From: an uncultured Bacteroidia bacterium | Lineage (GTDB): Bacteria; Bacteroidota; Bacteroidia; NS11-12g; UBA9320 | DNA: 64,000 nucleotides | NCBI GenBank assembly: GCA_943846675.1 | Contig: OX044357.1 | Coordinates: 1,408,500-1,472,499 of the forward strand | Reading direction: 5' to 3' | Shown here: piece by piece, positions 10,544 to 21,979 of the stretch | Numbering within the stretch: position 1 is the stretch's first letter | Layout of the letters: every line of letters starts with the position of its first letter | Made by a program: the position numbers and the translations under genes | Notes under the pieces: generated by a model | Seen by the model: only the letters and a program-made list of their open reading frames with translations | The model's database searches: none | What the model was told of the DNA's origin: nothing

Positions 10544-11062
10544 TTATTTTTCCTCAAAACCGTAATGGCTAGAATACGATTTCAATTGTTTACGTAATCT
10601 TCTTTTGGCTACAAAAATGCGTGTTTTAACTGTTCCAATCGGAATATCTAGTTCTTCTGCAATCTCATGATATTTAAAGCCTTCCATGTTTAATTCAAAA
10701 GTTACTTTCAAGTCTTCAGGTAGAGTAGCTATAGCTTCCTGTATATCTTCAGCAAGAAATTTGCCTTCACCACCATTTTCAGTGCTGTGGTTGGCAGAAT
10801 CTAAGAAGTATGTATTGTCGGTCGTATCGATAAATGTATTACGACGCATAATTCGTCTGTAATTATTTATGAAGCTGTTGCGCATTATGGTGTATAACCA
10901 ACCTTTAAGGTTTGTACCTTCTTTAAACTTGGTCTGGTAGGTTAATGCTTTCAACATGGTTTCCTGAACCAAATCATTGGCATCTTCAGAATTCTTAGTG
11001 AGTTGTAAAGCGTAACTATTTAGTGCGTTATGTTCGTTGTGAATTTTTGTCGAGATGTCCAT
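10544..11062 (-). CDS. ECF-type RNA polymerase sigma factor
   Basis: DANDLVQET, WLYTIMRNSFIN and YHEIAEELDIPIGTVKTRI motifs. Confidence 0.93.
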   Translation of the reverse strand: MDISTKIHNEHNALNSYALQLTKNSEDANDLVQETMLKALTYQTKFKEGTNLKGWLYTIMRNSFINNYRRIMRRNTFIDTTDNTYFLDSANHSTENGGEGKFLAEDIQEAIATLPEDLKVTFELNMEGFKYHEIAEELDIPIGTVKTRIFVAKRRLRKQLKSYSSHYGFEEK

Positions 11063-11399
11063 GTTTCTGTTTTTTTGTTAGTCCAAATATAGAAGCGATA
11101 TGTGTATGTACAAGTAATTTTCTGTCATCCCCATGTAAAGGCCCAATATAGGGGTTTAAATAACTGTTTATCAGTATTTTGAAATCATATAAATAAACCT
11201 TATCTGGGTATGTGATTTTCCTATTTGTTTAACTTTTGACTAATAACGTGCAACAAAAGGGCCAAACGCAATCTGCGCCAGAATAGCATTTTTTGTCCAT
11301 TTTTGTCATGAATTTTTGTCATCTTCTGTCAGAATTTATTGAACTACGATTTGAGTTTGACGATATTTGCATGAAAGGATTCAACCCTCATTTTTTTCT

Positions 11400-11807
11400 A
11401 TGAAAGTTTCAGTATACAGAAAAGCACATTTCAACGCTGCGCATCGATTACATGTAGCAGATTGGCCTGATGATAAAAATAAAGCGGTTTTTGGCAAGTG
11501 CAATATGCCTAACTATCATGGTCACAATTATGTGATGGAAGTTAAACTTACTGGAGAAATTGACCCCAAAACAGGCTATGTCATGGATTTGGGCATTCTA
11601 AAATCTATAATGGAAGCAGAAGTGATTGAGCGCTATGATCACCGAAACTTAAACTTGGATGTCCCAGACTTTAAAGACTTAAACCCAACCGTTGAAAATA
11701 TCGCCGTTACTATCTATAATCGACTAAGAAAAAAGATTGATGAACAACTTACCCTTGGTTTACGTTTGTATGAAACTGAAAGAAACTTTGTTGACATAGA
11801 AGAATAG
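11400..11807 (+). CDS. 6-pyruvoyl-tetrahydropterin synthase / QueD superfamily protein (Cx5HGH type)
   Basis: FNAAHRL, CNMPNYHGHNY, DHRNLN, PTVEN and LYET motifs. Confidence 0.9.
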   Translation: MKVSVYRKAHFNAAHRLHVADWPDDKNKAVFGKCNMPNYHGHNYVMEVKLTGEIDPKTGYVMDLGILKSIMEAEVIERYDHRNLNLDVPDFKDLNPTVENIAVTIYNRLRKKIDEQLTLGLRLYETERNFVDIEE

Positions 11808-11811
11808 AATT

Positions 11812-12426
11812 ATGGATGATAACACGAAAACTCCCTTAAAGGCAAACGCCTTTGATTTAACGGACGACCAGAAAGTTGAAAAGATTGAGAAACATGTAGA
11901 GTCTATACTGGATATTTTAGGCATGGATTTAACGGATGATAGTATATCCAAAACACCTCATAGAGTCGCAAAAATGTATGTTAAGGAAATTTTTAGCGGA
12001 CTCAATCCAGCCAACAAACCGTCTGTAACCTTATTTGAGAATAAGTATAAGTACAGCCAGATGCTGGTTGAAAAAGAAATTGCCGTTTTTTCTACATGCG
12101 AGCATCACCTCGTACCTATTTATGGTAAGGCACACGTAGCATACATCTCAAATGGTGAGGTAATCGGGTTGTCTAAAATAAATAGGATTGTCAAGTACTA
12201 TTGTAAAAGACCCCAGGTTCAGGAGCGTCTTACACGACAAATCGCTGCAGAATTGCGTTCAACGTTAAAAACGGAGGATGTTGCTGTTGTTATAGATGCT
12301 TCCCACATGTGTGTAGCTGCACGTGGAGTTGAGGATGTTAATTCATCAACGGTTACAGCCGATCTTAGTGGACAGTTTTTAAAAGAAGCCACGCGTATGG
12401 AATTCTTACGCTACATCGGTTACTAA
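11812..12426 (+). CDS. folE: GTP cyclohydrolase I
   Basis: TPHRVAK, STCEHH, GLSKINR, RPQVQERLT and HMCVAARG motifs. Confidence 0.96.
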   Translation: MDDNTKTPLKANAFDLTDDQKVEKIEKHVESILDILGMDLTDDSISKTPHRVAKMYVKEIFSGLNPANKPSVTLFENKYKYSQMLVEKEIAVFSTCEHHLVPIYGKAHVAYISNGEVIGLSKINRIVKYYCKRPQVQERLTRQIAAELRSTLKTEDVAVVIDASHMCVAARGVEDVNSSTVTADLSGQFLKEATRMEFLRYIGY

Positions 12427-12479
12427 TTTCGTCCTAAAACAATTTTTTGACTTTCTTTGTCCGAACGAATTTTTCGGAT

Positions 12480-15400
12480 ATGAGAAACAACATTACCTGC
12501 GCCATTTTGGTGTTACTTTCTTTTGCTGGTTTTGCTCAGCAACCAACAGCTGAATTGCAGCAATATCAGTCAAAAACAAATAAGTTCTATTGGAAGAACA
12601 GAACCCCAATTCCGGGGTATTGGCAACAAGATGTTCATTATAAAATGAACGTTGTTGTCGACGACAAAGAAGAATCCATAGGAGGGACGGAGCAATTAAC
12701 ATATTGGAATAATTCAGATGATGAATTGACGCGTTTGTATTTCCATTTGTACCAGAATGCTTTTACGCCAAACTCATATCTGAAAAACATGCGTGATGCG
12801 GACAAAATAAAAAGTGTTTTTGGTGAGCATGAGCGCAAAGGTGTCAATACGGTTATCAATTCCTTATCTATAAACGGTAAGGCGATGACCTATACCATCG
12901 ACAATTCTATTCTGTACGTTGATCTCGATGAACCCTTGTTGCCGAATTCTGGACTAACAATCGACATTAATTTTAAAACCTTTTGGGATAAAGACGACGG
13001 TGGCAATATCCGTAGAAGGATGAAAACTTTTCGTCACGGAGGGGCAAACGACAACACCTTTTTACATTTCGATGGGGTGCATTGGTATCCAAGAATCTCG
13101 GTATATGATAGAAAATTTGGTTGGACAACTGACCAACATTTAGGTAAAGAGTTTTACGGCGACTACGGCATATTTGAAGTAGACATAACATTCCCGAATC
13201 AATACGTTGTTGAAGCTACTGGTGTTCTTCAAAACGAAAAAGAAATGTACCCTGGCGATTTGCGTCAGCGATTGGACATCAAAAACTTCGAAAAAAGAAA
13301 GGCAGCATACTCCAACCCGATTACCCCAGACGGTTCAACTAAAACATGGAAGTTTAAAGCCATTAATGTGCACGATTTTGCCTTTACGGCTGACCCTACT
13401 TACCGTATCGGTGAAGTGGTTTGGAATAAGGTTCGTTGCATTGCTTTGGCGCAAGAAGAACACGCCCATGCTTGGCAGCCATCTGCTCAATATGTAGCCG
13501 ACGTAGTTAAAGCCTATTCAACCAAGGTTGGCATGTTTGCTTACCCAAAAATGATTGCAGCTGATGCTAGAGACGGTATGGAATATCCTATGTTAACCCT
13601 TGATGGGGGATCGTTTCCTGGTCACAAAGGATTAATTGCACATGAGGTAGGTCACAACTGGTTTTTTGGTATGGTGGGAAATAACGAAACCTATCGCGCA
13701 TCATTGGATGAAGGATTTACGCAATTCCTAACGGCCATGTCCATGAAGACGATTGATGGGATTAACTATATGCCTAATTACAGAGATGATCAAACGGTTT
13801 TTTACGGCTACATGGCGCACGCTACCGGCGATAATACTGCCCGGTTAAATATGCACTCAGATCATTTCAATTCTGCCGCACGACATGGCGGTGGCTACGG
13901 ACAAGTGTATTACAAAACAGCAACTATGTTGTATAACTTGCAGTATATTTTAGGAGATGAGTTGTTTGCCGAAGCATTTTCTAACTACTTTAACCAGTGG
14001 AAAATATGTCATCCGTATTGGGAAGATTTTAGAAACTCCATTATCCAATATACCGAGGTTGACTTAAACTGGTTTTTTGATGAATGGTTGGAAAACAATT
14101 CATTTATCGATTATAGCGTCAAAAGCGTAAAACGTGTCGAAGGAGACCAATATGCGATTACGTTTGAGCGTAAAGGCGATCCAATGCCGATTGATTTTAC
14201 GGTAATCGACAAAGCTGGACAGCAGCATCATTACTATATACCCAATAGTTATTTCGAGAAAAAAACCAAAGCGACGGTATTGCCTAAATGGACAGGTTGG
14301 GACTTAGTTAACCAAAACTATACGGCTACAGTGACCATTACTGGTGGTATAAAGGATGTTATCATTGATGTTAGCGGTCGAATGGCAGATATCAATAGGT
14401 TAGACAACAGCAAAAAGATGCCCGTCTATTGGTCGTATGATCGCTTGCAATATGGTCCAACTACGTTCCGCAAGTACGTTGCGAAGTATAGACTTGATGG
14501 TTGGTATAACGCTATTGACGGTGTTAAAATTGGTGCGAAATTCTCAGGAAACTATTTCAACCATAAACACCTTGTTAAAGCTCGGGTCTTGTATAATACT
14601 GGTCTTGAGTTTCTTGGTACGGATGAGGCGTTGGTTGAAGACAGAGATCCTATTTCTTATGAAGTTGACTACAAGTCGAAAGTTGCAGACCATACAAACC
14701 TTAAGTTGTCTTCTAGGTGGATGGCTGGGTGGTTGTACCATTCTGTTGGCCTAAATAAACAAACCCACAAAGGATTGATAGAACTGGATTTCGCAAGTGC
14801 TAAACGCAACAATACAAGCTATCTGTTGTACCCTGAATTTGCAAATAATGGTTTGGACAATTGGGTTAACCTTTCCTTTACCAGAGCCTATAAACAGTTT
14901 AACGGAGGTGGAAGTTTAAAACTTAAAACCCAAGCTCCTGTAATCTTTTCTGATTATGCCTATGCAAGTGTTTCGGCTGAATTAAAAAATAACCAAAATG
15001 TAAAGCGAATGGTGCTTCGTACAAGAGCGTTTGCACAATACATCTCTGGTACCAATGTTGCCCCTGAAGCCATGTTGCAATTAAGTGTTGCCAATACCTA
15101 CCAATTAATGGATAACCGCTATTCGCGAGCCATCGGTTGGTTGTCGCCAGACCAATTGATTCACAATCGAGATGGTAACAACGTTCACCAAGGTGGTGGT
15201 TTGAATTTACGTGGATATTCAGGCGTTGCGGCTACCAACATTCAAGGTAGCGATACGTTTTTTAGTTATGCTGGAAGAAGTGGGGCAGCGGTAAATGCCG
15301 AGCTTGATTTTGGAAGATATATCAATCCAAAGCTTGGTAAGGTTGGAAGAATCGTTCAAATCAACCCATACATATTTACAGATGTAGGTGTGTTGGGTGT

Positions 15401-15599
15401 AAAGGATGATCTGACCAGTGGATTGCGCATGGACGCAGGTGTTGGTGCCAATTTTGCCCTACAGTTCAATAGAAGGTTTTCAAGCATGAAACCATTAAAT
15501 ATTCGTTTTGACATGCCATTCTTCTTAAATAGGATTCCTGAAGAGCAGTCTGAATACGTTCAGATGAGATATGTGTTTGGCGTTAACCGCGCTTTTTAA
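12480..15599 (+). CDS. M1 family aminopeptidase with C-terminal outer-membrane beta-rich domain
   Basis: Signal peptide; GMEYP; HEVGH-x18-E; YYKT; terminal Phe. Confidence 0.85.
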   Translation: MRNNITCAILVLLSFAGFAQQPTAELQQYQSKTNKFYWKNRTPIPGYWQQDVHYKMNVVVDDKEESIGGTEQLTYWNNSDDELTRLYFHLYQNAFTPNSYLKNMRDADKIKSVFGEHERKGVNTVINSLSINGKAMTYTIDNSILYVDLDEPLLPNSGLTIDINFKTFWDKDDGGNIRRRMKTFRHGGANDNTFLHFDGVHWYPRISVYDRKFGWTTDQHLGKEFYGDYGIFEVDITFPNQYVVEATGVLQNEKEMYPGDLRQRLDIKNFEKRKAAYSNPITPDGSTKTWKFKAINVHDFAFTADPTYRIGEVVWNKVRCIALAQEEHAHAWQPSAQYVADVVKAYSTKVGMFAYPKMIAADARDGMEYPMLTLDGGSFPGHKGLIAHEVGHNWFFGMVGNNETYRASLDEGFTQFLTAMSMKTIDGINYMPNYRDDQTVFYGYMAHATGDNTARLNMHSDHFNSAARHGGGYGQVYYKTATMLYNLQYILGDELFAEAFSNYFNQWKICHPYWEDFRNSIIQYTEVDLNWFFDEWLENNSFIDYSVKSVKRVEGDQYAITFERKGDPMPIDFTVIDKAGQQHHYYIPNSYFEKKTKATVLPKWTGWDLVNQNYTATVTITGGIKDVIIDVSGRMADINRLDNSKKMPVYWSYDRLQYGPTTFRKYVAKYRLDGWYNAIDGVKIGAKFSGNYFNHKHLVKARVLYNTGLEFLGTDEALVEDRDPISYEVDYKSKVADHTNLKLSSRWMAGWLYHSVGLNKQTHKGLIELDFASAKRNNTSYLLYPEFANNGLDNWVNLSFTRAYKQFNGGGSLKLKTQAPVIFSDYAYASVSAELKNNQNVKRMVLRTRAFAQYISGTNVAPEAMLQLSVANTYQLMDNRYSRAIGWLSPDQLIHNRDGNNVHQGGGLNLRGYSGVAATNIQGSDTFFSYAGRSGAAVNAELDFGRYINPKLGKVGRIVQINPYIFTDVGVLGVKDDLTSGLRMDAGVGANFALQFNRRFSSMKPLNIRFDMPFFLNRIPEEQSEYVQMRYVFGVNRAF

Positions 15600-16252
15600 T
15601 GATTAAATTAGAAAACATACACAAACAGTTTGGCGCTGTAAAAGTGATAAATGGTGTTGACTTAACCGTTAATGCCTCTGAAGTGGTAAGTATTGTCGGT
15701 GCCTCGGGTGCGGGCAAAACAACGCTGTTACAAATTCTTGGCACGCTAGATAAACCCGACAAAGGAGAAGTCTTTTACGAAGGCCAAGCTATATCAAGTT
15801 TAACGCATAAAAATTTAGCCAAGTTTAGGAATGAGAACATCGGATTTATATTCCAGTTTCATCACTTGTTACCTGAGTTTACCGCGGTCGAGAATGTATG
15901 TATTCCAGCCTATATTGGTAAAAAGTCACGACAAGAAAGTGAAACACGTGCCAAAGAATTATTAGACTTTTTAGGTCTTTCTCATCGTCTGGAGCATAAA
16001 CCAAATCAATTAAGTGGTGGGGAGCAGCAGCGTGTTGCTGTAGCTCGTGCATTGATGAATAAACCTTTAGTCATACTGGCGGATGAACCTTCAGGTAATC
16101 TAGATACTGAGAATGCCAATGAGTTGCATCAATTGTTTTTTGATTTAAGAGATGAGTTTAAGCAGACCTTTGTGATTGTAACACATAATAACCAACTCGC
16201 TGATAGTGCTGATCGAAAAATCGTGATGAAAGACGGCCAATTGTTGGTCTAG
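15599..16252 (+). CDS. LolD-like ABC transporter ATP-binding protein
   Basis: [26 protein letters not shown] and ADEPSGNLD motifs. Confidence 0.9.
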   Translation: MIKLENIHKQFGAVKVINGVDLTVNASEVVSIVGASGAGKTTLLQILGTLDKPDKGEVFYEGQAISSLTHKNLAKFRNENIGFIFQFHHLLPEFTAVENVCIPAYIGKKSRQESETRAKELLDFLGLSHRLEHKPNQLSGGEQQRVAVARALMNKPLVILADEPSGNLDTENANELHQLFFDLRDEFKQTFVIVTHNNQLADSADRKIVMKDGQLLV

Positions 16253-17385
16253 AAAGCCTCTCCAATGTGGAAGTAAAATCCCATCCCTTCGGACGTAAAC
16301 GCAACATCAAGACGATTGTAAACGTCCTTTTTAGGAAAAATTAAAAACCTGGGTCCAGCGCCAGCTGCCCATCGCAATGGACTGTTGGTGTAGCTATTAA
16401 CATCTGGGAAAACACTGCCTGCAGCAGCAAACATGGCAAAGCCCCACCGTTTAGCAAAAGAAAAAGGTAACATCCGATATTCTATTTGCCCAGCCAATAA
16501 GTTCTTATCTCTATATCGACCAAGGTAATAACCGCGCATTAAGCGTTCGCCTCCCATCATCGCCAAAGAATTAAAAGGGACATCTCCGTTGGTGAATTGA
16601 CCATATACATGAGTGGCCAAAATATTGTTTTTCTTAATTGGGTGATAGAATCTAAAATCTGTAAACCACTGGTCAAACGAAAAAGTACTTCCCCAAGCTG
16701 TATTGCTTTTCAAATAGGCCACTTCCATGTACTTCCCGTGACGCGGATTTAGAACATTGTGTATGTTGTCGTACAATAGACCCCAACCTAAAGACAAGTT
16801 GGTTGAACCATTGCTTCCGGTAGGAATGCCTATGGCTTGTTGATTTCCATCCCACTCAAAATGCACCCGGCTTAAACGCTGGAAATCGACCTCAAATCCC
16901 GTAAAAACTGATGGCGCGATTTGACGTAGAACGCGCTCTCGAAAACGAAATTCAAACGTGTTAACGACTACTTGCTGGTCAAACGGTCTTTGAGGTCCAA
17001 TGCCAAAATAGTTGATAGGGAAGTTTTGAAACCGGATTTCGCCTAAAAAGAAATACTTGTTTTTATCTGTATACAGCGCATGCTCAATTACTGAACCATA
17101 TTGTTGGGCAAGGGTGAGAAACGAGAAAGACTTCATTTCAGACAGTCGATTCGCGGTATCTTGTTTGGCTCTGTACACGAGCAATCCACTTACACCAACT
17201 TCCCAGCTAGTTTCTGGTGTAAATGCCAGCGTAGGGTAGGCAATAAACTTTGGTTTAGCCGGAGGACTAGTATCCATCAAGGTGTATCTCAAGTATTTTG
17301 CCAATATGTTTTGACTACTTGCGCTTAACGGGAATAAGACGAGAAGTGCAAAGACTATAAAACAGTGTCTTTTGATTATTTCCAT
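16249..17385 (-). CDS. Omp85/BamA-TamA family barrel-only outer membrane protein
   Basis: [16 protein letters not shown] motif; C-terminal FYFHIGEAF. Confidence 0.82.
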   Translation of the reverse strand: MEIIKRHCFIVFALLVLFPLSASSQNILAKYLRYTLMDTSPPAKPKFIAYPTLAFTPETSWEVGVSGLLVYRAKQDTANRLSEMKSFSFLTLAQQYGSVIEHALYTDKNKYFFLGEIRFQNFPINYFGIGPQRPFDQQVVVNTFEFRFRERVLRQIAPSVFTGFEVDFQRLSRVHFEWDGNQQAIGIPTGSNGSTNLSLGWGLLYDNIHNVLNPRHGKYMEVAYLKSNTAWGSTFSFDQWFTDFRFYHPIKKNNILATHVYGQFTNGDVPFNSLAMMGGERLMRGYYLGRYRDKNLLAGQIEYRMLPFSFAKRWGFAMFAAAGSVFPDVNSYTNSPLRWAAGAGPRFLIFPKKDVYNRLDVAFTSEGMGFYFHIGEAF

Positions 17386-17918
17386 TTACGGTTGATGATT
17401 TTACCTGCGCGGTTTTTAAAACCGGCGCTCTCTTCGTTAAGGTTTTCAGAAATACTGGCGACCAACTCATCATACAATGCTGGGTATATTTTACTTACAT
17501 TGTAAATGGTGGTCATGGCGAAAACACGAATGGCTATGGCGTTCGATCTGTTTTGCAGATGGCGAAAAGCAATATCTACCACTCGACCTGATTGGTTTTC
17601 ATTGAAGGTTGCATATTGGAACATTCTAAAAATGCAGCGTTTAACGGCGTCATGACGATTTGAATCCAACGCGTCTACTAAGTCGTCGATAAATGGTAGA
17701 ACAAGGTCTCGATTTAAATCCGACATGTGGCGGATTATTTCGGCACATGTTTGGCTCAACCGATCAGTTTCTTCAAGCAAAAAATCAAATAACCAACGCA
17801 CAACCTTTTCATCATTGACATAAGTTGTTGCAAATTCTTGCCAGAAATTTTTATGATAACTAACAGATAGCTGTTCCCTTAATGCGGTTTTAGCCTCTGG
17901 TTCTCTAATGTCAATCAT
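17376..17918 (-). CDS. hypothetical helical-repeat protein
   Basis: 180-aa ORF; IAIRVFAMT...AGFKNRA pattern typical of a conserved Bacteroidota family. Confidence 0.7.
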   Translation of the reverse strand: MIDIREPEAKTALREQLSVSYHKNFWQEFATTYVNDEKVVRWLFDFLLEETDRLSQTCAEIIRHMSDLNRDLVLPFIDDLVDALDSNRHDAVKRCIFRMFQYATFNENQSGRVVDIAFRHLQNRSNAIAIRVFAMTTIYNVSKIYPALYDELVASISENLNEESAGFKNRAGKIINRKWK

Positions 17919-17987
17919 TCAAACGCAGTTTTAGTTCTTTTAAGTAAACCGTGCCATATTTTAAAATACGTTTGTGTTGGTGAGCCA

Positions 17988-18260
17988 CTAATCGTGCACA
18001 ATTTTACATGTTGGACATTCATACCCCGAACTTCCTTTTTGTAAGGTGATGCCTTTTACCCGCTCGACTACAAATTTTTGAATAAAGGAATGGTTGGCCT
18101 CATGGTTGTTGACATCAACTTGTTTGTCTTTATACATTTCACGAATCACGTTGTCGTACTGTTGGTTCCCCCAGCAATTAGGGCATAGGCCTTCTGGGGC
18201 CTCTTTGTCCGTTGACTCACTTTTACTAAAGTATTGTATAAGGTTGGTGATTAGCTGCAT
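17988..18260 (-). CDS. small Cys-motif hypothetical protein
   Basis: PEGLCPNCWG and CPTC motifs. Confidence 0.7.
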   Translation of the reverse strand: MQLITNLIQYFSKSESTDKEAPEGLCPNCWGNQQYDNVIREMYKDKQVDVNNHEANHSFIQKFVVERVKGITLQKGSSGYECPTCKIVHD

Positions 18261-18331
18261 AAGATATTGATGAAATTAAAGGTCAAATATAAACTTTACT
18301 ACATGCAATTCTGAGCAGTAAATTAAGTGGG

Positions 18332-19582
18332 TTACTCCTGAAAATTGACAAAGTTTTTGTTCGGAAATTCAAACAACTCCAAGTCAAAATAAGACACCGC
18401 AGCAACGATATGATCAAATATGTCAGACATAATGTGCTCATAATTCTCCCATCGTTTGTCTGCACTAAACGTATACAATTCAATGGGCCAGCCTTGTCCG
18501 GTGGGTTCCAGCTGACGGACCATCAGGGTCATATTTTTATTTATCGCTGGGTGATTCATCAGGTAGGACTCAATATACTTTCTGAATAATCCAATATTGG
18601 TCAAATTACGTCCGTTAATGGGCACAGATTTGTCTACGTTGTTCGAAGCATTAAACCGTTCGATATCGTTTTTTCGTGTTTCGATGTAAGCCGATATCAA
18701 TTGAATCTTTTTTAGGCCTTCCAAATCAGCGTCATTCATAAATCGAACGCTATCTTGTTTAATTTTAATGGAACGTTTTATTCTTCGTCCATCACTTTCC
18801 ATCATACCGCGCCAGTTTCTAAACGAGTCAGATATCAATGCATACGTCGGAATGGTGGTAATCGTTTTATCAAAGTTTTGGACCTTAACCGTGGCAAGGT
18901 TTATCTCAATGACATCGCCATCCGCTCCAAACTTGTCAAAGGTTACCCAATCGCCTATGCGCACCATGTCATTAATTGAGACTTGAATGCTGGCTACAAA
19001 ACCTAAAATGGTGTCTTTAAAAATCAGTAGAATTATAGCTGAAGCAGCTCCTAAACCTGTAACAAATCGCAGAAATTCAATACCCGTAACAATGGCAAAT
19101 ACCGACATTAAGCCAATAATCCAGGCAAAAATCATGAACACCTGAATGTAGCTGTCTATTGGTTTATCTTTAAGGTTCGGTATGGTTTTAAAGAAGTCTT
19201 CTAGCGTTTTTAGCACACTGCGTGTGATGACCAGTATCAGAATGACACCACAAACTTTGAGGCCTTTATCCCAATAAATGGCATAAGGCTCAAAATCGGT
19301 AAAGACATACGGTGTGACTTTAAATGCCAGCACCAACGGAATGATGTGTGCCAGATTGCGGGGCACTTTATTTGTCACCAGTAAATCGTCAAAATGTGTT
19401 TTGGAAGATCTTGCGATTTTAGAAATTACTGCAACCAAGAGTTTGCGCAGCCCAAAATCTATTAGCAAAACGAAAAGTAAAATAACTAGAAGCAATACAA
19501 CTAGATTCGTGTATTTGGCTGTGGCTTCAGTAAATCCATTATCGATAAAGAACTGATACAGGGTGTGATTAACTTTATTCAA
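18332..19582 (-). CDS. MscS-family mechanosensitive channel (YbdG/MscM-like)
   Basis: GFVASIQ, DMVRIGDW, VKVQNFDKTITTIP and GRRIKRS motifs. Confidence 0.92.
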   Translation of the reverse strand: MNKVNHTLYQFFIDNGFTEATAKYTNLVVLLLVILLFVLLIDFGLRKLLVAVISKIARSSKTHFDDLLVTNKVPRNLAHIIPLVLAFKVTPYVFTDFEPYAIYWDKGLKVCGVILILVITRSVLKTLEDFFKTIPNLKDKPIDSYIQVFMIFAWIIGLMSVFAIVTGIEFLRFVTGLGAASAIILLIFKDTILGFVASIQVSINDMVRIGDWVTFDKFGADGDVIEINLATVKVQNFDKTITTIPTYALISDSFRNWRGMMESDGRRIKRSIKIKQDSVRFMNDADLEGLKKIQLISAYIETRKNDIERFNASNNVDKSVPINGRNLTNIGLFRKYIESYLMNHPAINKNMTLMVRQLEPTGQGWPIELYTFSADKRWENYEHIMSDIFDHIVAAVSYFDLELFEFPNKNFVNFQE

Positions 19583-19659
19583 GATATGTGCAATTTCTTA
19601 GGACAAAGTTACCAAAGAATAGGCAACTACTGCGTTTGGTATCTATTGTTCAATGCGAA

Positions 19660-21978
19660 TTAGGAAATGTAGCTGAACACGTCTTCGACCTCGCGGCGTA
19701 AAGCCATTATTTCAGGCGAGTTCACTTTCGATAACCGAAAGAAGAAAATATCCTTTTGGTCAGCCTTCAGGTTAGCGAGTTGTTTAAAGCGCTCATATTC
19801 TTGTTTGATACCGGGTCTTAGTTCTTCAATTTGACTAAAATCGTCATCATCTATTCTGGCAAAAAGGAATGATGAAATCGACATGGGTTGTAATGCAATA
19901 TCAAGCTGAGAAGCTGCCAACCAAAGTCGTTGGACGGCTATTCCTGCGTCTAAATAATCCGTATGACTTCTACTGGGCATGGTTAACACACCTAGGCACG
20001 ATGCGGCATCAATGGCCTTTTGCGAAAGCTTGCCAAATTCATTTCCGAGACCCCATTTTTTAATGTGTTTGGTTACGTTCCAGTTTTTCGACAAAATAAG
20101 CCCAGCGCGTTCTGTAGCGGTCAAATCAATTGTGTCGATGTCGATACCGTCTCTGGTAGATTGCACTTCATTTTCATTCCACCGAATTTCTTTAGTGAAA
20201 TGCCCATGACCAATTTTGTTGGTCATAAACAGTTTGTCTATTTCGCCAATAATCGATTTGACCTGCTCCATGTCATCCGGGTCGCTAAACAGTTTCATGT
20301 TTGCTCCTTGGATGGATTGCACTGCTTGCGTTAATAGGTCTTTTTGGTGCTGTGGGATGTTTTTTCGCGGTCCTAGGTTCCTGTTTGTACAACGCTTAAA
20401 CACTTGGTCTATCAAATCTGGGAAAGGATGATGCGGTGTTGTTAGAGGCGAAAAAGAGATGCGTGCGATAAGTTGATTGTCTTCGCCAAGCGGGAAATAT
20501 GCTGATTCGGTTTTGAGTTTTCTTTTCTCTGCGGCAAGGGCAATGTTCTCTAATGCAGCGCCAAAGCTTAATAACGATCCAGTATTGTTATAATTAAGTA
20601 TAGAATTGGATCGCTCAACATCATTAAGCAGTAACAAACTCTCGTTTTTATATACCCAATTCCATGGCTGGACATTTCCGCCAGATGGCGCTTGCACCGC
20701 ATATTTAACGATATCCGCAACCACAGACTCTTCTAGTACTATATTGTTTTGGGTGTCGTGATGAAACAGTTTGTCCTGTGCTAGTTGTAATTCTTCTTTA
20801 TAATCAGATAGGTTAATTTTTGGATTATCTATAGCATAATCATCAAGTTGTTTTTTAAGAATATCATTTTCAACCTCATCATTGATTATTGTTTCAACGT
20901 CGACGATGTATCTACCTGACTTGGTGTATTGATTGAGCAAAATGCGTCTACAAACGTCTGTACAAATACCGCCACCAAAAATGACACCGGAGGCCAGTTG
21001 AGGCCACGTGGTAATGCTGCCTTCAATTTCTAGGATGGAAGCCCGCAGTCTTTCCGATGCGGTATCAATTCCAATCATGGGTAACAAGTACGGTACCTTT
21101 TCTTCGTTGGTTTTTGCTTCTTTGACTTTCGACAGATCTAAGTGATCGATTAGGCCATGAAATATTGGCCAATTAGGATCTAAATCAAAACGTTCTACGT
21201 CTGTCGTTCCTCTATCACTCGAGTTCATCACAACAGGAATACCAAGCTTTTTAGCGACCTGTCTGGTTTGGATTTTGGTAACCAATCCATCACAGACTTC
21301 TATGCATACATCAATGCCTCCATTTACAGCGAAGAAGTCGTGCAAATTTGATTCATCAATGCCCTCATGAAAACATTTAACGTCGAGAAAGGGATCTATT
21401 TCTGCAATTTCTCGCGCAACCACAATCGTCTTTTTGGTATTTAGATTTTGTACCCCAGTTTGAATACGGTTAAGGTTTGATAACTCTATGACGTCAAAAT
21501 CTGCCAGTACCAACGAACCACAAATCCGCTCTGTAGCAATGGTTAAGGCAATAGCCTTGCCCACAGACAAACCAATAATCCCAATGGTTTTCTCATGTAA
21601 AATGGCTTCCTCTTGGGGCGTAATTTTATAATGATTGCGGTTGGTTCTGACTTCAATAAAATCAGGTTCGCTAAGAATGTGAACCAATTTTTCCAGCCAA
21701 GGATAATAGGCCCAAATGCCATATTCCTTTTTGTCTTTGTCCGACAGGTAGTTTACAACTTCTTGGTGCAAAGACGCTTCAGTAAATTTAACCTTAGGAC
21801 TTCTAAGTTTTAATAACTCTAATAATTGACCCTCAATTTCATCAATAATCCGTATATAAGGTTTGGCTTTTAATAGCTCTGTAAGTTCATCAGCATCAGC
21901 AGGTTTGGATAAATTGAAAAGTATAGGCTTGCAAACTAATTGATCATCGTTGGTTACGTTCGTTTCTAGATGTGGCAT
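19660..21978 (-). CDS. ThiF-adenylyltransferase/nitroreductase fusion (Rv1355c / OxzB-like)
   Basis: GIIGLSVG, ADFDVIELSNLNR, DVERFD and TWPQLAS (ThiF part); APSGGNVQPW and RCTNR (nitroreductase part). Confidence 0.88.
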   Translation of the reverse strand: MPHLETNVTNDDQLVCKPILFNLSKPADADELTELLKAKPYIRIIDEIEGQLLELLKLRSPKVKFTEASLHQEVVNYLSDKDKKEYGIWAYYPWLEKLVHILSEPDFIEVRTNRNHYKITPQEEAILHEKTIGIIGLSVGKAIALTIATERICGSLVLADFDVIELSNLNRIQTGVQNLNTKKTIVVAREIAEIDPFLDVKCFHEGIDESNLHDFFAVNGGIDVCIEVCDGLVTKIQTRQVAKKLGIPVVMNSSDRGTTDVERFDLDPNWPIFHGLIDHLDLSKVKEAKTNEEKVPYLLPMIGIDTASERLRASILEIEGSITTWPQLASGVIFGGGICTDVCRRILLNQYTKSGRYIVDVETIINDEVENDILKKQLDDYAIDNPKINLSDYKEELQLAQDKLFHHDTQNNIVLEESVVADIVKYAVQAPSGGNVQPWNWVYKNESLLLLNDVERSNSILNYNNTGSLLSFGAALENIALAAEKRKLKTESAYFPLGEDNQLIARISFSPLTTPHHPFPDLIDQVFKRCTNRNLGPRKNIPQHQKDLLTQAVQSIQGANMKLFSDPDDMEQVKSIIGEIDKLFMTNKIGHGHFTKEIRWNENEVQSTRDGIDIDTIDLTATERAGLILSKNWNVTKHIKKWGLGNEFGKLSQKAIDAASCLGVLTMPSRSHTDYLDAGIAVQRLWLAASQLDIALQPMSISSFLFARIDDDDFSQIEELRPGIKQEYERFKQLANLKADQKDIFFFRLSKVNSPEIMALRREVEDVFSYIS

Positions 21979-21979
21979 T

